Source: Macrostomum lignano (lineage: Eukaryota). Taken from it: a stretch of 64,000 nucleotides of DNA. Position 1 is the first letter of the stretch. Every line of letters begins with the position of its first letter. The notes below the pieces were generated by a model. The model searched no databases. It was not told where the DNA came from and worked only from the letters and a program-made list of their open reading frames with translations. Position numbers and translations under genes: made by a program. The stretch spans positions 1 through 64,000 of the forward strand of contig NIVC01003369.1 in the NCBI GenBank assembly GCA_002269645.1. The letters are read 5' to 3'. Below, piece by piece: positions 1 through 12,300 of this stretch.

Positions 1-141
1 TCCGCTTCCAGACGCCTAAGTCGGCTGCGGCGGGCGCGCTGGTCGGTGGCGACTCTGCGTTGGCGGAGAAAGTACGCGCATTCATTGGGTTTTCTATTTA
101 AGTTTATGGCAAAACTATAACCTATTATATTTATAAAAGAC

Positions 142-760
142 TCAGCATCTCGAACTATATACAGCAGAACGGTCTTGACAACCTCTGCCAGCCGCAAATT
201 TAGTGGATCCCTGCCGAGTTGCGGCATCGAGTCGCAGTTCGAGGTACTCACCTGCAGCAGCAGCCGCGCCACGCCTGCCTGTAGGCATTGGCTGCGTCGG
301 TGCGAAGGTGGTCTTCATGACGTAGGCAGTCAGGTCCACCGTGGCGCTGACCGCTCCACGGAACTTGCAGCTCCAGGCGCCGGCCAACCGCGGCAGTCGC
401 GTGTCCACCGTCAGGCTGACAGTTTTGGCGTCCGGTGGGCGCACCGTCCTATCACAGGAGACGCCCGACACGAGAATGGGGTCAATCACTGGGCAGCTGC
501 CGTCGCTCTGCATGTTGCAGATCGGGCTGCACTCGCCGAAGCACTGCAGGCTGCTTGACAGCACAGGGCAGTAGAATTGCACTTTGTGATCGTCTGCACC
601 GGCGCCTGTAGCGATCACGTCGCAGCTCAGCGTGACCAGGTGCTCGACACCGACACCGGATGCGCACGTCAGTGCTTGATGAAGACGAGGCGGAGGAGGA
701 TATGGATCCTTGGCACCTGGCTGTGAACGGTTCGTGCGAGGACAGGCTACGACTAACAAG
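142..760 (-). CDS. Probable terminal coding exon of an unknown, possibly extracellular Ig-like protein (5' exons not resolved)
   Basis: GC-rich open frame ending at stop 142. Beta-strand-like pattern with several Cys (VTLSCDV ... AGAWSCKFRG) resembles the two Ig cysteine strands. The upstream boundary is uncertain. Confidence 0.45.
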
Positions 761-2099
761 CTGAGTTCATTGACCACATCAGAAATCACGCAAATGGGCG
801 TACAATAAGTAAAAAGTATGGCTTTATTTAGTAATTTACGTTGTTTAGTACCACTAGTAAAACGAACCAACTCTAGTGTTTCTGAACACAACATAAGCTA
901 TCACCTTCGAGCGTAGACAGAGAACATTTTGACCTTGAACAGTGCAAGATTGTCCATCCAGTCATTTCCATACATTTTAGCTCACCCAGAGCTTGTAATT
1001 TGATTTTAGCTTGGCTTATTACGAGTACAGATAAAATTTTCGCAACTTCAAGAATTGTCACAATGCTGGAATACAGAACAATTTGTGCCTGTGTTTCACT
1101 ATGAAAGCTATTCAGTTATTGCCATTAATAAAATAAGAAGGTCTGGCAGACATACTGAATGCAAATGCAAAAATGAACATTTGGAAAAAGATTTTGGCTT
1201 ACTTGTCTATTGGGCAAGGGCCCCTACTTGCTCCAGCTGCCCCAGCCCCAAAGCCCTAAAGTGGTGTTCTGCAGGCCTGACCGTCTCATCTCTGGCCAAG
1301 TTCTGCTGACTAAAAGAGGCTGCGCAACTCTCTGAGCAAATTCTTACTGCAAAGTCTAATTGAACAGCGTTGCGGAGTAGCAAGAGGTGTGCAAGAGGGG
1401 CTGCACAATGGCCAGGCTCATCTCGCATAGATGCACAATTTGCAAGCTGAGCCTGATGGTTGCGAGGCCGTTCGGTGCAGCCGCCCCCCGCCGCGGGAGA
1501 AAGAAAACTACAGCTCGCCTTTGCGAGTAAATTAAATGCCGCCCAGGTAAAATTCGGGCAGAGATTTGCCTGTGCCAGTGATGCCTATTCAGACTGAGAG
1601 AACCCGAGATGTAGCAAAACTTGCATGATTCATTTCTATATGCGAAGCTGCAATTAGAGTTTCTAAGGGTTCTTCTTTTGCGACAACCTCAGCAATTTCT
1701 GCTTGCTTTTTCTGCAAGCCAATAATTATACGGGGCAAAATCCATGCAGAGTTGCAAAGTGAATCAAAGTCCGCTTTCGGTGTACGTAGCATTAGCGTAG
1801 CTACTCCAAAATTTATTGAAAGATGTTGTTAATATTAAATGCGCTTGTGTTTCTTTGAAAAATGGATAGAAAAGATGGAAATTCTGGTCATGCTTGTTGG
1901 CCACAATGCCGCAATGCTTACATGGTGTTGAATTTGAAATAAAGTGAGCATTTTTGTTTAACTTTTGAAGTTGTTAACTTTTATCCTTTTGTTTTAATTT
2001 TGTTCAACTTTTTGTCTGTCGACGGTTTAATCGTTTTGAGCGAACATTGGAACCAGTAATATGCTCCTCATGTTGAGGCAACAGATCGAAGCTACAATC

Positions 2100-2960
2100 T
2101 ACCTGTATCTCCCAGTCCAATGAAATGACGCACCTGGTGCAATCTCCCAGTCCATTGAAATGGCGCACCTGGTGCAATCTCCCAGTCCAATAACATGGCG
2201 CACCTGGTCCAATCTCCCAGTCCAATGAAATGACGCACCTGGTGCAATCTCCCAGTCCAATGAAATGGCGCACCTGGTGCAATCTCCCAGTCCAATAACA
2301 TGGCGCACCTGGTCCAATCTCCCAGTCCAATGAAATGACGCACCTGGTGCAATCTCCCAGTCCAATGAAATGGCGCACCTGTAGGTGCAATCTCCCAGTC
2401 CAATGAAATGGCGCACCTGTAGGTGCTATCTCCCAGTCCAATGAAATGGCGCACCTGTAGGTGCTATCTCCCAGTCCAATGAAATGGCGCACCTGTAGGT
2501 GCTATCTCCCAGTCCAATGAAATGGCGCACCTGTTGCTATCTCCCAGTCCAATGAAATGGCGCACCTGTAGGTACAATCTCCCAGTCCAATGAAATAGCG
2601 CACCTGTTGCTATCTCCCAGTCCAATGAAATGGCGCACCTGGTGCTTACATGTGTGTCCCAGTCCAATGAAATGGCGTACCTGTTGCTATGTCCCAGTCC
2701 AATAACATGGCGCACCTGGTCCAATCTCCCAGTCCAATGAAATGGCGCACCTGGTGCAATCTCCCAGTACAATGAAATGGCGCACCTGGTGCTTACATGT
2801 GTGTCCCAGTCCAATGAAATGGCGCACCTGTTGCTATGTCCCAGTCCAATGCAATGGCGCACCTGGTGCAATCTCCCAGTCCAATGAAATGGCGCACCTG
2901 TTGCTATGTCCCAGTCAAATGAAATGATGCACCTGGTGCAATCTCCCAGTCCAATGAGGC
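2100..2960. repeat. ~35-bp minisatellite (CTCCCAGTCCAATGAAATGGCGCACCTGGTGCAAT), about two dozen copies
   Basis: Tandem units with variant subtypes are directly visible. Confidence 0.97.
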
Positions 2961-3951
2961 CCTTGAAACCAAATGGGCCACCTCAAATGAAATTGCCCAC
3001 TCCTGAAAACGACCAAATGAAGCATCCTGGCAACGCCCCCTGAAGCGAGTTGGATGCGCGCAGCTCTCTTATCAATGGCAACACTTACCTGGGCCCAGCA
3101 GACAGGCTAGCAGCAGAGACAGAGCCAGCAACCTGACCATACTTGCGGCGGTCGGCAAACAGATTGCGCAATCAACTTTGCGATTATTCGGCTTAGACCT
3201 TGGAAACTTGGAGACAAAGTTTAATACTGACCCTGAGCAGGCTCAGTGCGCTGGTCAACCCGGCGGAACACGCAGTGCTCAACTCGCAGCTCATTTGCTT
3301 GCTTCATATATCAGACAGCACAGAATGCCCGAGCTGTGCTTACTTTATTCTCTACTCGCATTGTTAGCGTACGTTGCGTCTCAGCTTTCTATTGGTCCAT
3401 AGCGTCTTCTATAGATAAGCGAAAGCTATACCACTCCGTTGGAGACGCTTGCATTGCTACTTTAAGTAAGTGAAACAAGAAAACTAAAATAATTAAATTA
3501 AAAGAACTGCTGGCAAAATGCTTTCAGCGCACATATTATTCCAAAATTATTCTGCTTACGTTTATGTAATTTTTTAATAAAACTTCATGACTGCCAAGCA
3601 AGATTTGTTTCTCAGAACATAACAACCGGCGTAAAACTTCACGCCAACACTAGTACATGATACTCGATTAAAATGTTGATCTGAAAAAGCAACTTTTAGG
3701 AATTCTGGCAACGTAGAATATACTAGCCTACTTGAAGTAGTAAGGTGACAGCCTGCAACAATTGCAACAGCTGCGGTGATCACAGAACATCGCTTTTTTA
3801 AATTTGTTTGAATCGACTGGTAAAATCTTGAGTAGCTATATTCAATGTTTCTCGTACATTCAAAAATAGGCAGAGCGTTGAGGTTTCTTGATGAATGAAT
3901 TTTTATGAACGAGTAAAAATAGCTCCCTTGAGATCAAGGCTCTCACGCAGC

Positions 3952-4855
3952 TCAGTTCTCAGCCGCGTCCGCAGCCTCAATATCAGCCCGAGCCTTCGGT
4001 AGCAACTTCTCCAAGCGCTTGGCTACCGCGGCAAACTCGAAGGTGTCCTCGAACGTCTCTTTGCCGGGATTGTACACGTTTCGAATGGGCAGACCGTCCA
4101 GTCTCTTCTTGAGCTTGTGACACCTGCCCAGGTAAGCATCGAAGTTGTCAACAAAGTATCGGGCAGCGGACAAGTGCAGGGCCGGCGGCAGCGAGCGCTG
4201 CTCCAGCTGCTGGCAGACGGCGATTCGCAGAGTCTCGTAGGCGATTTGGTCGTTGTAGTGTTGATTGCTTTGCTCGCATTCTCGCATCGGTGCCGGCTCG
4301 TGCTTCAATGGCTGGTCATCAAGTCGAAATTGCATGTCGTGGATTATGTTCTCCAGGCGGTAGCTTGAATCCCAAGTGCATTCTCCCCAGGTGTTCTGAA
4401 TAGGATTAAGGAATTTTTATTGGCTTGTATCAGAAAAAGCCGTATATTTTTGCAATAACTGTAGGTACATTGTAGGTACAACGCTACAATCATCCCAAAA
4501 AAATTAAGTCAAAGAGATAACTAAGCTCGACGAGAGACAGGAGCTCAAGCTCAACTTTTGCCCCTGTAAGACATGGCATCCACCGGTCTACGAAACGAAA
4601 GATATAAGCAGAGGCGCCCTAGGGCAAGCATATCAAAACACCAAATACGAGCGTTCCAGAGTAGCAAATCCTGCGTACGCCAAGGGAGTCTAGTTGGTTA
4701 GGGCGTCGGACTCACGACTTGAAGGTCGAGGGTTCGATTCTCGACCCCACTCGGAACAATGTGTGTCCTTGAGCGAGACGCTTAACTCTCTGCATTGCTT
4801 CAGTTCACCCAGCTGTAGAATGGGTTCCAGTTCCAGCATTAGCTGGGGTAATTGC

Positions 4856-4941
<86 letters not shown>

Positions 4942-5675
4942 CGACCCCCGCCAGTCCTTGGAATAGCTGCGGCTGAGCTGTCAGTTGCACAACTACCTAT
5001 TATTAGGCTACCTATTTAGAACAAATCCTATATACCAAAAATGATCAGTGGGCTTTCAAAGCTCACCAGAATGCTCATGCACACGCAGCCTCTCTCATAG
5101 AAGTTGGGATGGAACCGAACCCTGTCGCCGTGGCTGGCTGTGCGGAAGGCCACGTAGGGCGGTCGCTGCGGATAGTCTGGCGGCGCGCGGACTGAGAAGT
5201 GAAAGAACCCGCCAGCATAGGGAGTGCCGTCGCCGCCTCGAAGCAGCAGCTCCGCGCGCACTGCGCAGTCCTCGTCGGGAAACACTTCCGCCAGAGGCTG
5301 CGGCTGATGGCAAAGACGGCGAAGATCGTCGGTGAAGCGCTTCAGACACTGCCGTGATGGCGCAGGCTCGGAATCGCGGCTTGGGTGGTCTGGGTCCCAT
5401 TGCTCGGGCCTTTTGTAGGCATCCCAGTTGCCCATAGGCATAGGCATCAGCATAGGCATAGGCATAGGCATGGGAATGGGTATGGGCATGGGCTCCCCAG
5501 ACATGGGGAGGAATGGCATTGGAAAGGACTGTGGTGTGGATGTGGGGTCATGGAATGGTAACATTTTGTTGTTTTCAAAGGTTTGCAAAATTGTGTCAAG
5601 TAGTGAATAGTCAGCATGAACAGGATAATGTTTCATTATACAGTAAATTCCAAGACTCAAAAGTATTTCGAACAT
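3952..5675 (-). CDS. UBE2Z-like: UBE2Z/USE1-like ubiquitin-conjugating enzyme E2; exons complement(5067..5675, 3952..4395), ~350 aa, start codon uncertain
   Basis: GTPYAGGFFHF...PPDYPQRPP...RFHPNFYERGCVCMSIL|NTW joins in phase 0 (donor GTGAGC, acceptor TTCAG). The C-terminal HEP...YNDQIAYETLRIAVC matches the UBE2Z extension (NEP...YNECIRHETIRVAVC). Confidence 0.88.
4680..5005 (+). mobile_element. tRNA-derived SINE with CORE(MIR)-like central domain, copy 1, inside the UBE2Z intron
   Basis: Head has A-box-like TAGTTGGTTAGGGCG and B-box GGTTCGATTC. The core GTGTCCTTGAGCGAGACGCTTAACTC...CAGTTCACCCAGCTGTAGAATGGG resembles the MIR core. A second copy lies at 42058. Confidence 0.85.
4859..4940. 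repeat. (TG)41 microsatellite inside SINE copy 1
   Basis: Perfect dinucleotide run. Confidence 0.99.
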
Positions 5676-8036
5676 TTTATCAACTACACAATGTCAACCA
5701 CAGCTATAGCAAAAATTATATATAGGCTACAAAGATGGCAAAAAACCTAAGTATATCTTAAACAAATTATTGAAATATTTAATTGGTTGACTGACAAAAA
5801 CAAATGGTATGGGCTATTACTACAATTTTTTCTTATTAATGGTTACTAAAAAGCCAAAAGTAAACTGTAATATTAAAAATTACTATAGGTAACTTTAGTA
5901 TTTAGTATCCTAGTTACATAGGTAACTTTTAAGTCAAACAATTGAAAATATAAGCACCCTAAAGCTGAAAGGCCAAAGCAATATATTAAAGTAAGAAAAG
6001 ATATTTATAGTTACTAAGAATAAATAATAAGGTAAATCATGAAACAGATTATAAAACAATGTGCCCAATGTGTATATTAAGAAGTCTCAGTAATTAAAAA
6101 ATCAAAACTATACTTAAACTTGGAATCTTTAAGCGTTGCACAAGGTAAAATGTCATTCATTAAATATCTAAAAATTAAATAGTTAAAATTAAATTTAACG
6201 ACTTAATGAGCTGGTCATGGACCAGCTGCAGAAGCGAAGTGGTCAAAGCCAAAAGGATATAAAATTCTATGGTTGATATGCTTCTAAAGTTTCTAAAAGA
6301 ATGGTCAACTGGTAGTAAATACTAACCGTCGACTACTTTAAAAACTTTTTTGGGCAAAATAGTATCTGTATATCAATCATACAGCTCACAGCTTGCCTTG
6401 TTCTATTTCTCGCAAACTTGCAAACTGTACAAAAGCTCTAAAAGCTTTTCTTAGGTCAGTTATTTTTTTAGACTCCTGAAAGCGAAAATTTTCGTGTGTA
6501 AAATATATTATATTTTTAAAATATTATCCTTAATTAAAACTTGTTTATTAAAAATCTAAATGCAGTATTAAAAAAAAAACTTTAAAAGACAAAAAATATT
6601 GTTAATCTATGCTAACACCGAAAATTTTATTTATGCCTCGTGCCTTTGTCGATTAGTTTCTGCCTCATGCGATCTATAGACATAGTTGCTACGCCAACGC
6701 TATGTAACACAATAGATCAATGAATCAACACACCAAACATTCTTACTTTGTATTATCATCTGTGTGCATGCGTGCGACACTTCACAAAGCTAAGCCTAAA
6801 GAAAGGGCCGATTAAATCCAACAGTGTAACAAAATAGATCCTTAAACCAAAGGCCTAAACAACAGCAAGGCAAGATAATCAAGATTAGGCTTAAACTTAG
6901 TTTGCAGTGATCAGTGGGTCCCGTCTAGTCTAGTCTAGTAACTATACTATTATAATTATGTAATATTTTAATTACTTTAAATGAATGTATGTAATTTATA
7001 AGCCTTTTAATAGTGTTGAGACTCCATAGAAATTTTGAAAGATTTTTTCTATTCCAGTTAATAGGGGCCTAATGATAAACCTTATTTAATTTGCCTGGGG
7101 CTAGGCCTAGCCTCCTAAGGCTAAGCTAAGGCTAGGTATAAAGACACTTGCTTTTAATTAATCTTGTCAAATAATAGAAAAATTAATAAAACTTTGTAGG
7201 CCCTTATCTTGTATCTTAACTTGAAGTTAAATTTCAACATTTTTTTTATTATTTTAGTGATTTATTACATAATACATTTTACTAGGCTCTAGCCTCTAGG
7301 CCCTATTATTACTAATGTTAGTATTAGACTGTGTCTGTAGGCATTTGCATTAGGCCTAGGCCTATTATTGTGTTATAGGTAGGGCTACTTTTCTAATTCC
7401 TATTATTGAATATCCTATATTGTCTAAAAGATATAAAAAACAAATAAATCAATATATTACATTTGTCCTCTTTACCCTTTTAACTTTAAAAGTGTAAAAG
7501 AAAAATGAGGTTTATGATCATTTAAATGGCAAAAGGTAGCATTATTCCACAAGAGGGTCCTATCATGTTTTTGAACTTTAAGCACTTGTAATTTTTTAAC
7601 CATGTCATAATAGATAAAACAAAACTGCAAAAAGCAATCTATGTCAAACTTCTAGCTCTATATTATTCAAATAGCTAGGCCTACTTATGAATTCTAAAAC
7701 AACTGAATATATAGCAGAGCATAAAATTTGCTAGGCCTATCATTAGATCAGCAGAGCATAAAGTCTGCCATATACAAATATATTAAATATTTGAAAAGCA
7801 TGCTTTTTAAAACAAACAAAATAAAAGAAGTGTTGTGTAAAAAGTAAAAAAGCCTTATAAAAAATAAAAGAAGCATTATATAAAAAATAAATATCATGTA
7901 AAATATAAAAAAACCTTATGTCAAAAAGATTATCATTTCAAACCTAAAAAAGCATCATACAAACTAAAAAATGTAATGTTGGAAATAAAAAGCCTTATAT
8001 AAACTTGCTTTGACTCTTAGGCATGCTTGGGTACAA

Positions 8037-8178
8037 CTTAGGGATTCACCTGGCCATTTCTATTGGCAACACACATGTAAATTGCTATTGGACAGAATAG
8101 TAATCATGTGACTACTCTTAGCCAATAGCAATTTACATGTGTATGTTCCCAATAGAATCAACCGAGTGATTCTCAAGG
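8037..8178. repeat. ~140-bp imperfect fold-back (MITE-like or hairpin-RNA-like)
   Basis: Perfect 21-bp arms ACACATGTAAATTGCTATTGG / CCAATAGCAATTTACATGTGT, extended imperfectly outward and inward. Confidence 0.85.
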
Positions 8179-8280
8179 TTGCGCATATATGCTTTTAGGG
8201 GAAAGTTATTAAGATGTCAAGGCTCATGGCAAATAACAAATGTAAATAATTATGCAAATATTTTTGAGATATCAAGGCTT

Positions 8281-8330
8281 TAGGGTGAAGGTTAGGTTTA
8301 GGTTAGGTTTGGGTTATGGGTTAGGGTTAG
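8281..8330 (+). repeat. Degenerate interstitial TTAGGG-like repeats
   Basis: TAGGGTGAAGGTTAGGTTTAGGTTAGGTTTGGGTTATGGGTTAGGGTTAG. Confidence 0.6.
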
Positions 8331-9391
8331 AATGATTTCAAGGTTGATAAGAGATTTTTTAGATTTTAAGATATTTTAGAATTTAGATAAAAAAGAAAAT
8401 CAATATGCTTCTAAAAATATAAATATCTTAATAAAACTATAAAAGTCATACCAAAATAATAATTATGTTAGATGTTGACATTTATGAGATAAGAGTATAT
8501 ATTGATTTGCATTATTGTATCATAACTATATTAGTTAATGATAACTATTTAGCTAGTTAACTATTTTAGTTAATAAATTACTCAAGATACTCAATTAAGG
8601 AGATTCCTAACTTGTATAAATAATTTTTACATATATACTAAACTGTTATTCTAATTAAGATTACAATGCTAGTATATATTAATAGGTTAATTATAAATTC
8701 TAGTTAGATTGATTATATTCTCAAAAAATGTCATAGGACTAAAATATAGCAATAAAGGCTTAACTTGCATTTAGGTTATTCTAAGATTAATCTTTAGCTT
8801 ATATAGTAATTTAAAAATTTTAACATATTAAGCATTTTAACATACTAAGCATTTTAACATACTAAGCATTGAAATACTATTAACAATTAAGGTAACAAGA
8901 ATCTAAGGAATAATTAAGGTTTGTTATAGTTGGCTCATGGCTTAATTAGAAAATTGCCTAATGGCAAAAAGGAAAGTTGCTCAGATAAAATGTCACAAAA
9001 GAAGAAAGATCTAGGCCTAGCCTGATTTTTGTCACACGCCTAAATAATTTTAAAATTTTATAACTTTTTGCAGGCCTATAGTATTTCTATTCAATTTTAT
9101 ACTTTTCAATATACAAATTTGAAAGAGAATATAGGTAAAATTTTAACTTTAATTTAAATAATCCTGCTGTCATAGGTAGTAAATAGTCTTGAAACTTTAC
9201 TTTCAATGGCATCTCATTAGGGGATATATAGGAAGCAAAATTTATGGCTGGTAGATTTTCTGCAACTGTTTAAGTCCTTAAAAACGAGGCACAATCTTTA
9301 GCTTGTTTTCAATTTTTAATTTTTCAGCTGACTAAGCATCATTGCTTGGACCTTTTTTCTGAGTTCCAACAATTTTAACTGAGTTGGTAGC

Positions 9392-12300
9392 ATGGATCTA
9401 CCATACTGCGAATTGTGTAGTGAATATTTCTACACACCCATTGACTATAATGCCCACCTTGTGTCCAATGAACACTTGCAAAAGCTGCTTAGCTTTCCTG
9501 TTGGCAAGTCAGCTTCAAATCCTATGCCAGTAGGCTCTAATCAGGAAGATATAGGAGAACTTGAGCTAGTCCAGTCTGATTTTATTTATGTGTCACAGCA
9601 CACACCTCAGTTGGCACAGATCTACAAAGTCTATCAAAACCATATCAGACAAATGATACCATTTGGCATGAGCTACATACTGCTCCTTGATGCTGTTCCA
9701 CCAAGCATGTGGCAGGGCATGATCTCAGCATTGAACGAGTTCTCTGTGTCATTTCCACTGTTTGTTCAAAGTGGCTCGTCTGGTTCTCCGCCTGCTGACA
9801 AGCAGCTAATGGACTTTGTATTGGTTGTTGACATCGATCCGTCTACCACAGCCAAGCAGTTGGCTGCTTGCATTGGTGCTAGAGAGACCGATCTTGCACT
9901 GATACCTGGCGATTCTGGCTCCGACACCACTGGTTTTCTGCGCATCAGCCACTCCAAACGGCAGGTAGTGCTGGATAGAATTCGTTCGGCTCGCGTGCCA
10001 CCTCGTCAGCGTCAGATTGATGCGTTTGAACTGTGGGGACCTCGCGCTTCTTCCTATAGTGGGGCGCGTTCGCCCACTTCACCCCCGTTGCAGTCTTCAC
10101 TTGCCCAATCGCCGAAGCTTAACAAGGATGTGCCTGGACTGCTCGCATCTTTGTCGTCTAGGACAATGAAGTTAGCAGCATCGTCTACTGCTACTACATC
10201 CTCATCTGGCTTGCCACCTAAGTCTGACAGCTATCGCCCTAGCTCTCCCAGCCAAGGTGGCAGGATACCATCTACATCCCTAGGTAGCAGCGGTCGCGGC
10301 CGCAGCAGCAGCAGCAGGCATCGAGCAGACGAGAGCAGAAGCCATCGCGACAGGTCCAGGTCCAAACACGGTTCCGGATCGCGGCGCCGGTCTAGATCGC
10401 GTTCTCGAGAGCGCAGATGCAGCCGAAGCCGCAGTCGCCAACGAGGTCATAGTCGAAGTAGGAAAGACCCCCAGCGAGATCAGGATCGCAATCGCGACCG
10501 AGATACTCGCAGTGACCGCGGCCCCGACCGTAATTCTGAGCAGGGCAGCGGCTATAAGCGTCGTGGTAGGCGAAGTTCGTTCTCCATGCACGAAGCTGCT
10601 GAGGAGCAGGAGGATGACTACGATGAGACGCCGTCTTGCTATCTGGAGCGCACTTGGTCAATCAAATTTGGCGGTATGCCATACCTTCGAATCTCAGGAT
10701 TCGATCCAGAGGTAGATACAGTCGACTTGGTTGACGCCGTCTGCAGCCGAATTGACGGTATAGAAAGCATTTACGCATTTACCCACCCTAAGGGTTTGAG
10801 AAAGAGTGTTATTTGCAACTTAAGCGAACAGACACCTATGCCCTCGGTTAATCAAGTCAAGGACAAGATTGGTGACCTGTGCAGTAACGAGCATCTGTTT
10901 GCACAGGACTATACAGAAGAGGCATTTCATCAAATGAAGTTTAATCTTCCGCATACATTTTTCTTTGTTCCCGTAACTAAGACGCGAGCTTTTGAGCCCA
11001 TGTTTCTATTAATTTGGAATATACCAGGCAATGTGCATCCGAATCACATTCTGTACAACATGCGTAGGTCTATGCCCAGCGCACGCAGTTTTAACTGTCC
11101 ACGACTATTTCGGAAGTCATATAAGCAAGGCCGATTCAAGAGCAACGCAATTCAATTGAACTGTGGCTACGCCGTTGCTAGGTTCAACAGCTCCGAAGAC
11201 TGCACCGTAATGATGCAAAGACTCGAAGAAGCTGCCGAGGAGGAGTTGCAGGCTGTATTTTCAAGCGGTAAAGTAAAGTTCTCGTTCGTATGCATGCAAG
11301 AGACTTGCTTGATTCCGCCATTTTCCTTTCCCTGTCACAACTTTCTTCATTGGGACCTCGATTCCGACTGGGATAGCATGTGTCCACAAGACTCTTTGCC
11401 TGACAGGCCTTATGTACCGTTTGTGTGCAACTGCCACACCGACTCCATGCCGATAGCACCACACGCTTCGGCTCTAGATGTCGTCGCCAAACATATTGTT
11501 GAACAGCTCGCGGTCGATGGTCCTTCTGTTGTGTGCCAGAAGTTGACCGAACTGCTTAAGCTCGAGGACAGCTGTCCAAAGAAATTTGCATGCGTCGAAG
11601 ACCGGCCCGCTTCGGATCGCGTGCCCCCTATCGAGCTGGGCAGTGTTCAGCTCGGATCGGCCAGTAGTTATTGGTGTTTGCTTTACGGGCCCGACATATA
11701 CTACACTGCAAGAGGCTTTCCATTGAGTATGGACTCATTCGAAATCGAAGAGATCGTGAAGCGAACTTGCAAAGCTTACTGCATCTACGTGCACATTTAT
11801 CCTCAGCCGGTGCCTCAAGTGCTGACAAAACAAGCCGTGTTTCGCTGCTCACCCGCTGCGACGAGTTCGTCCATGTTCTCAGCTACGCGATCGCTTCAAA
11901 TAAAGCTTAACGAAGAGATGGAGCGTCTTAATATACAGCTGCCGGACAACATTTTTGTGAGCGAATGGAGCTATCGATCTTGGGACAAGTTCAAGCACTT
12001 GCGCCCGTTTATGTTACCATTCTGCCCCGTGCCGAACGGCTACAGGAAGCCGCACTTCATCCTAGTGTGGAACATCAACTCCGAGTTGGGCAAGCACGTC
12101 TTGGTGCGAAACTTCCTTAAGAAGTATCCGCAAGTGCGCAGCGTCTTTTCGCCGCATCTCCAACCAGCTCAGGTCTGCCGCAACTGCGAGTTCTGCGTGC
12201 TGCGCTTCGACAACCCCGATGATTGCGTGCGGACCTATGCATCGATGCGAATCATGACAGAGCAAGAGCTGCAGGCTCTGTGCCCCAGGTCAGACATTCG

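Noticed and set aside
1207-1792. Two short minus-strand ORFs as extra exons of the 142-760 gene
   Set aside because: No consistent splice phase or recognisable homology.
2004-2927. Regular arrays that look superficially like CRISPR, here and elsewhere
   Set aside because: Head-to-tail units without unique spacers, no cas genes, and spliceosomal gene context.
4685-4760. Possible tRNA gene
   Set aside because: No complete acceptor stem; it continues into a SINE body that recurs at 42058.
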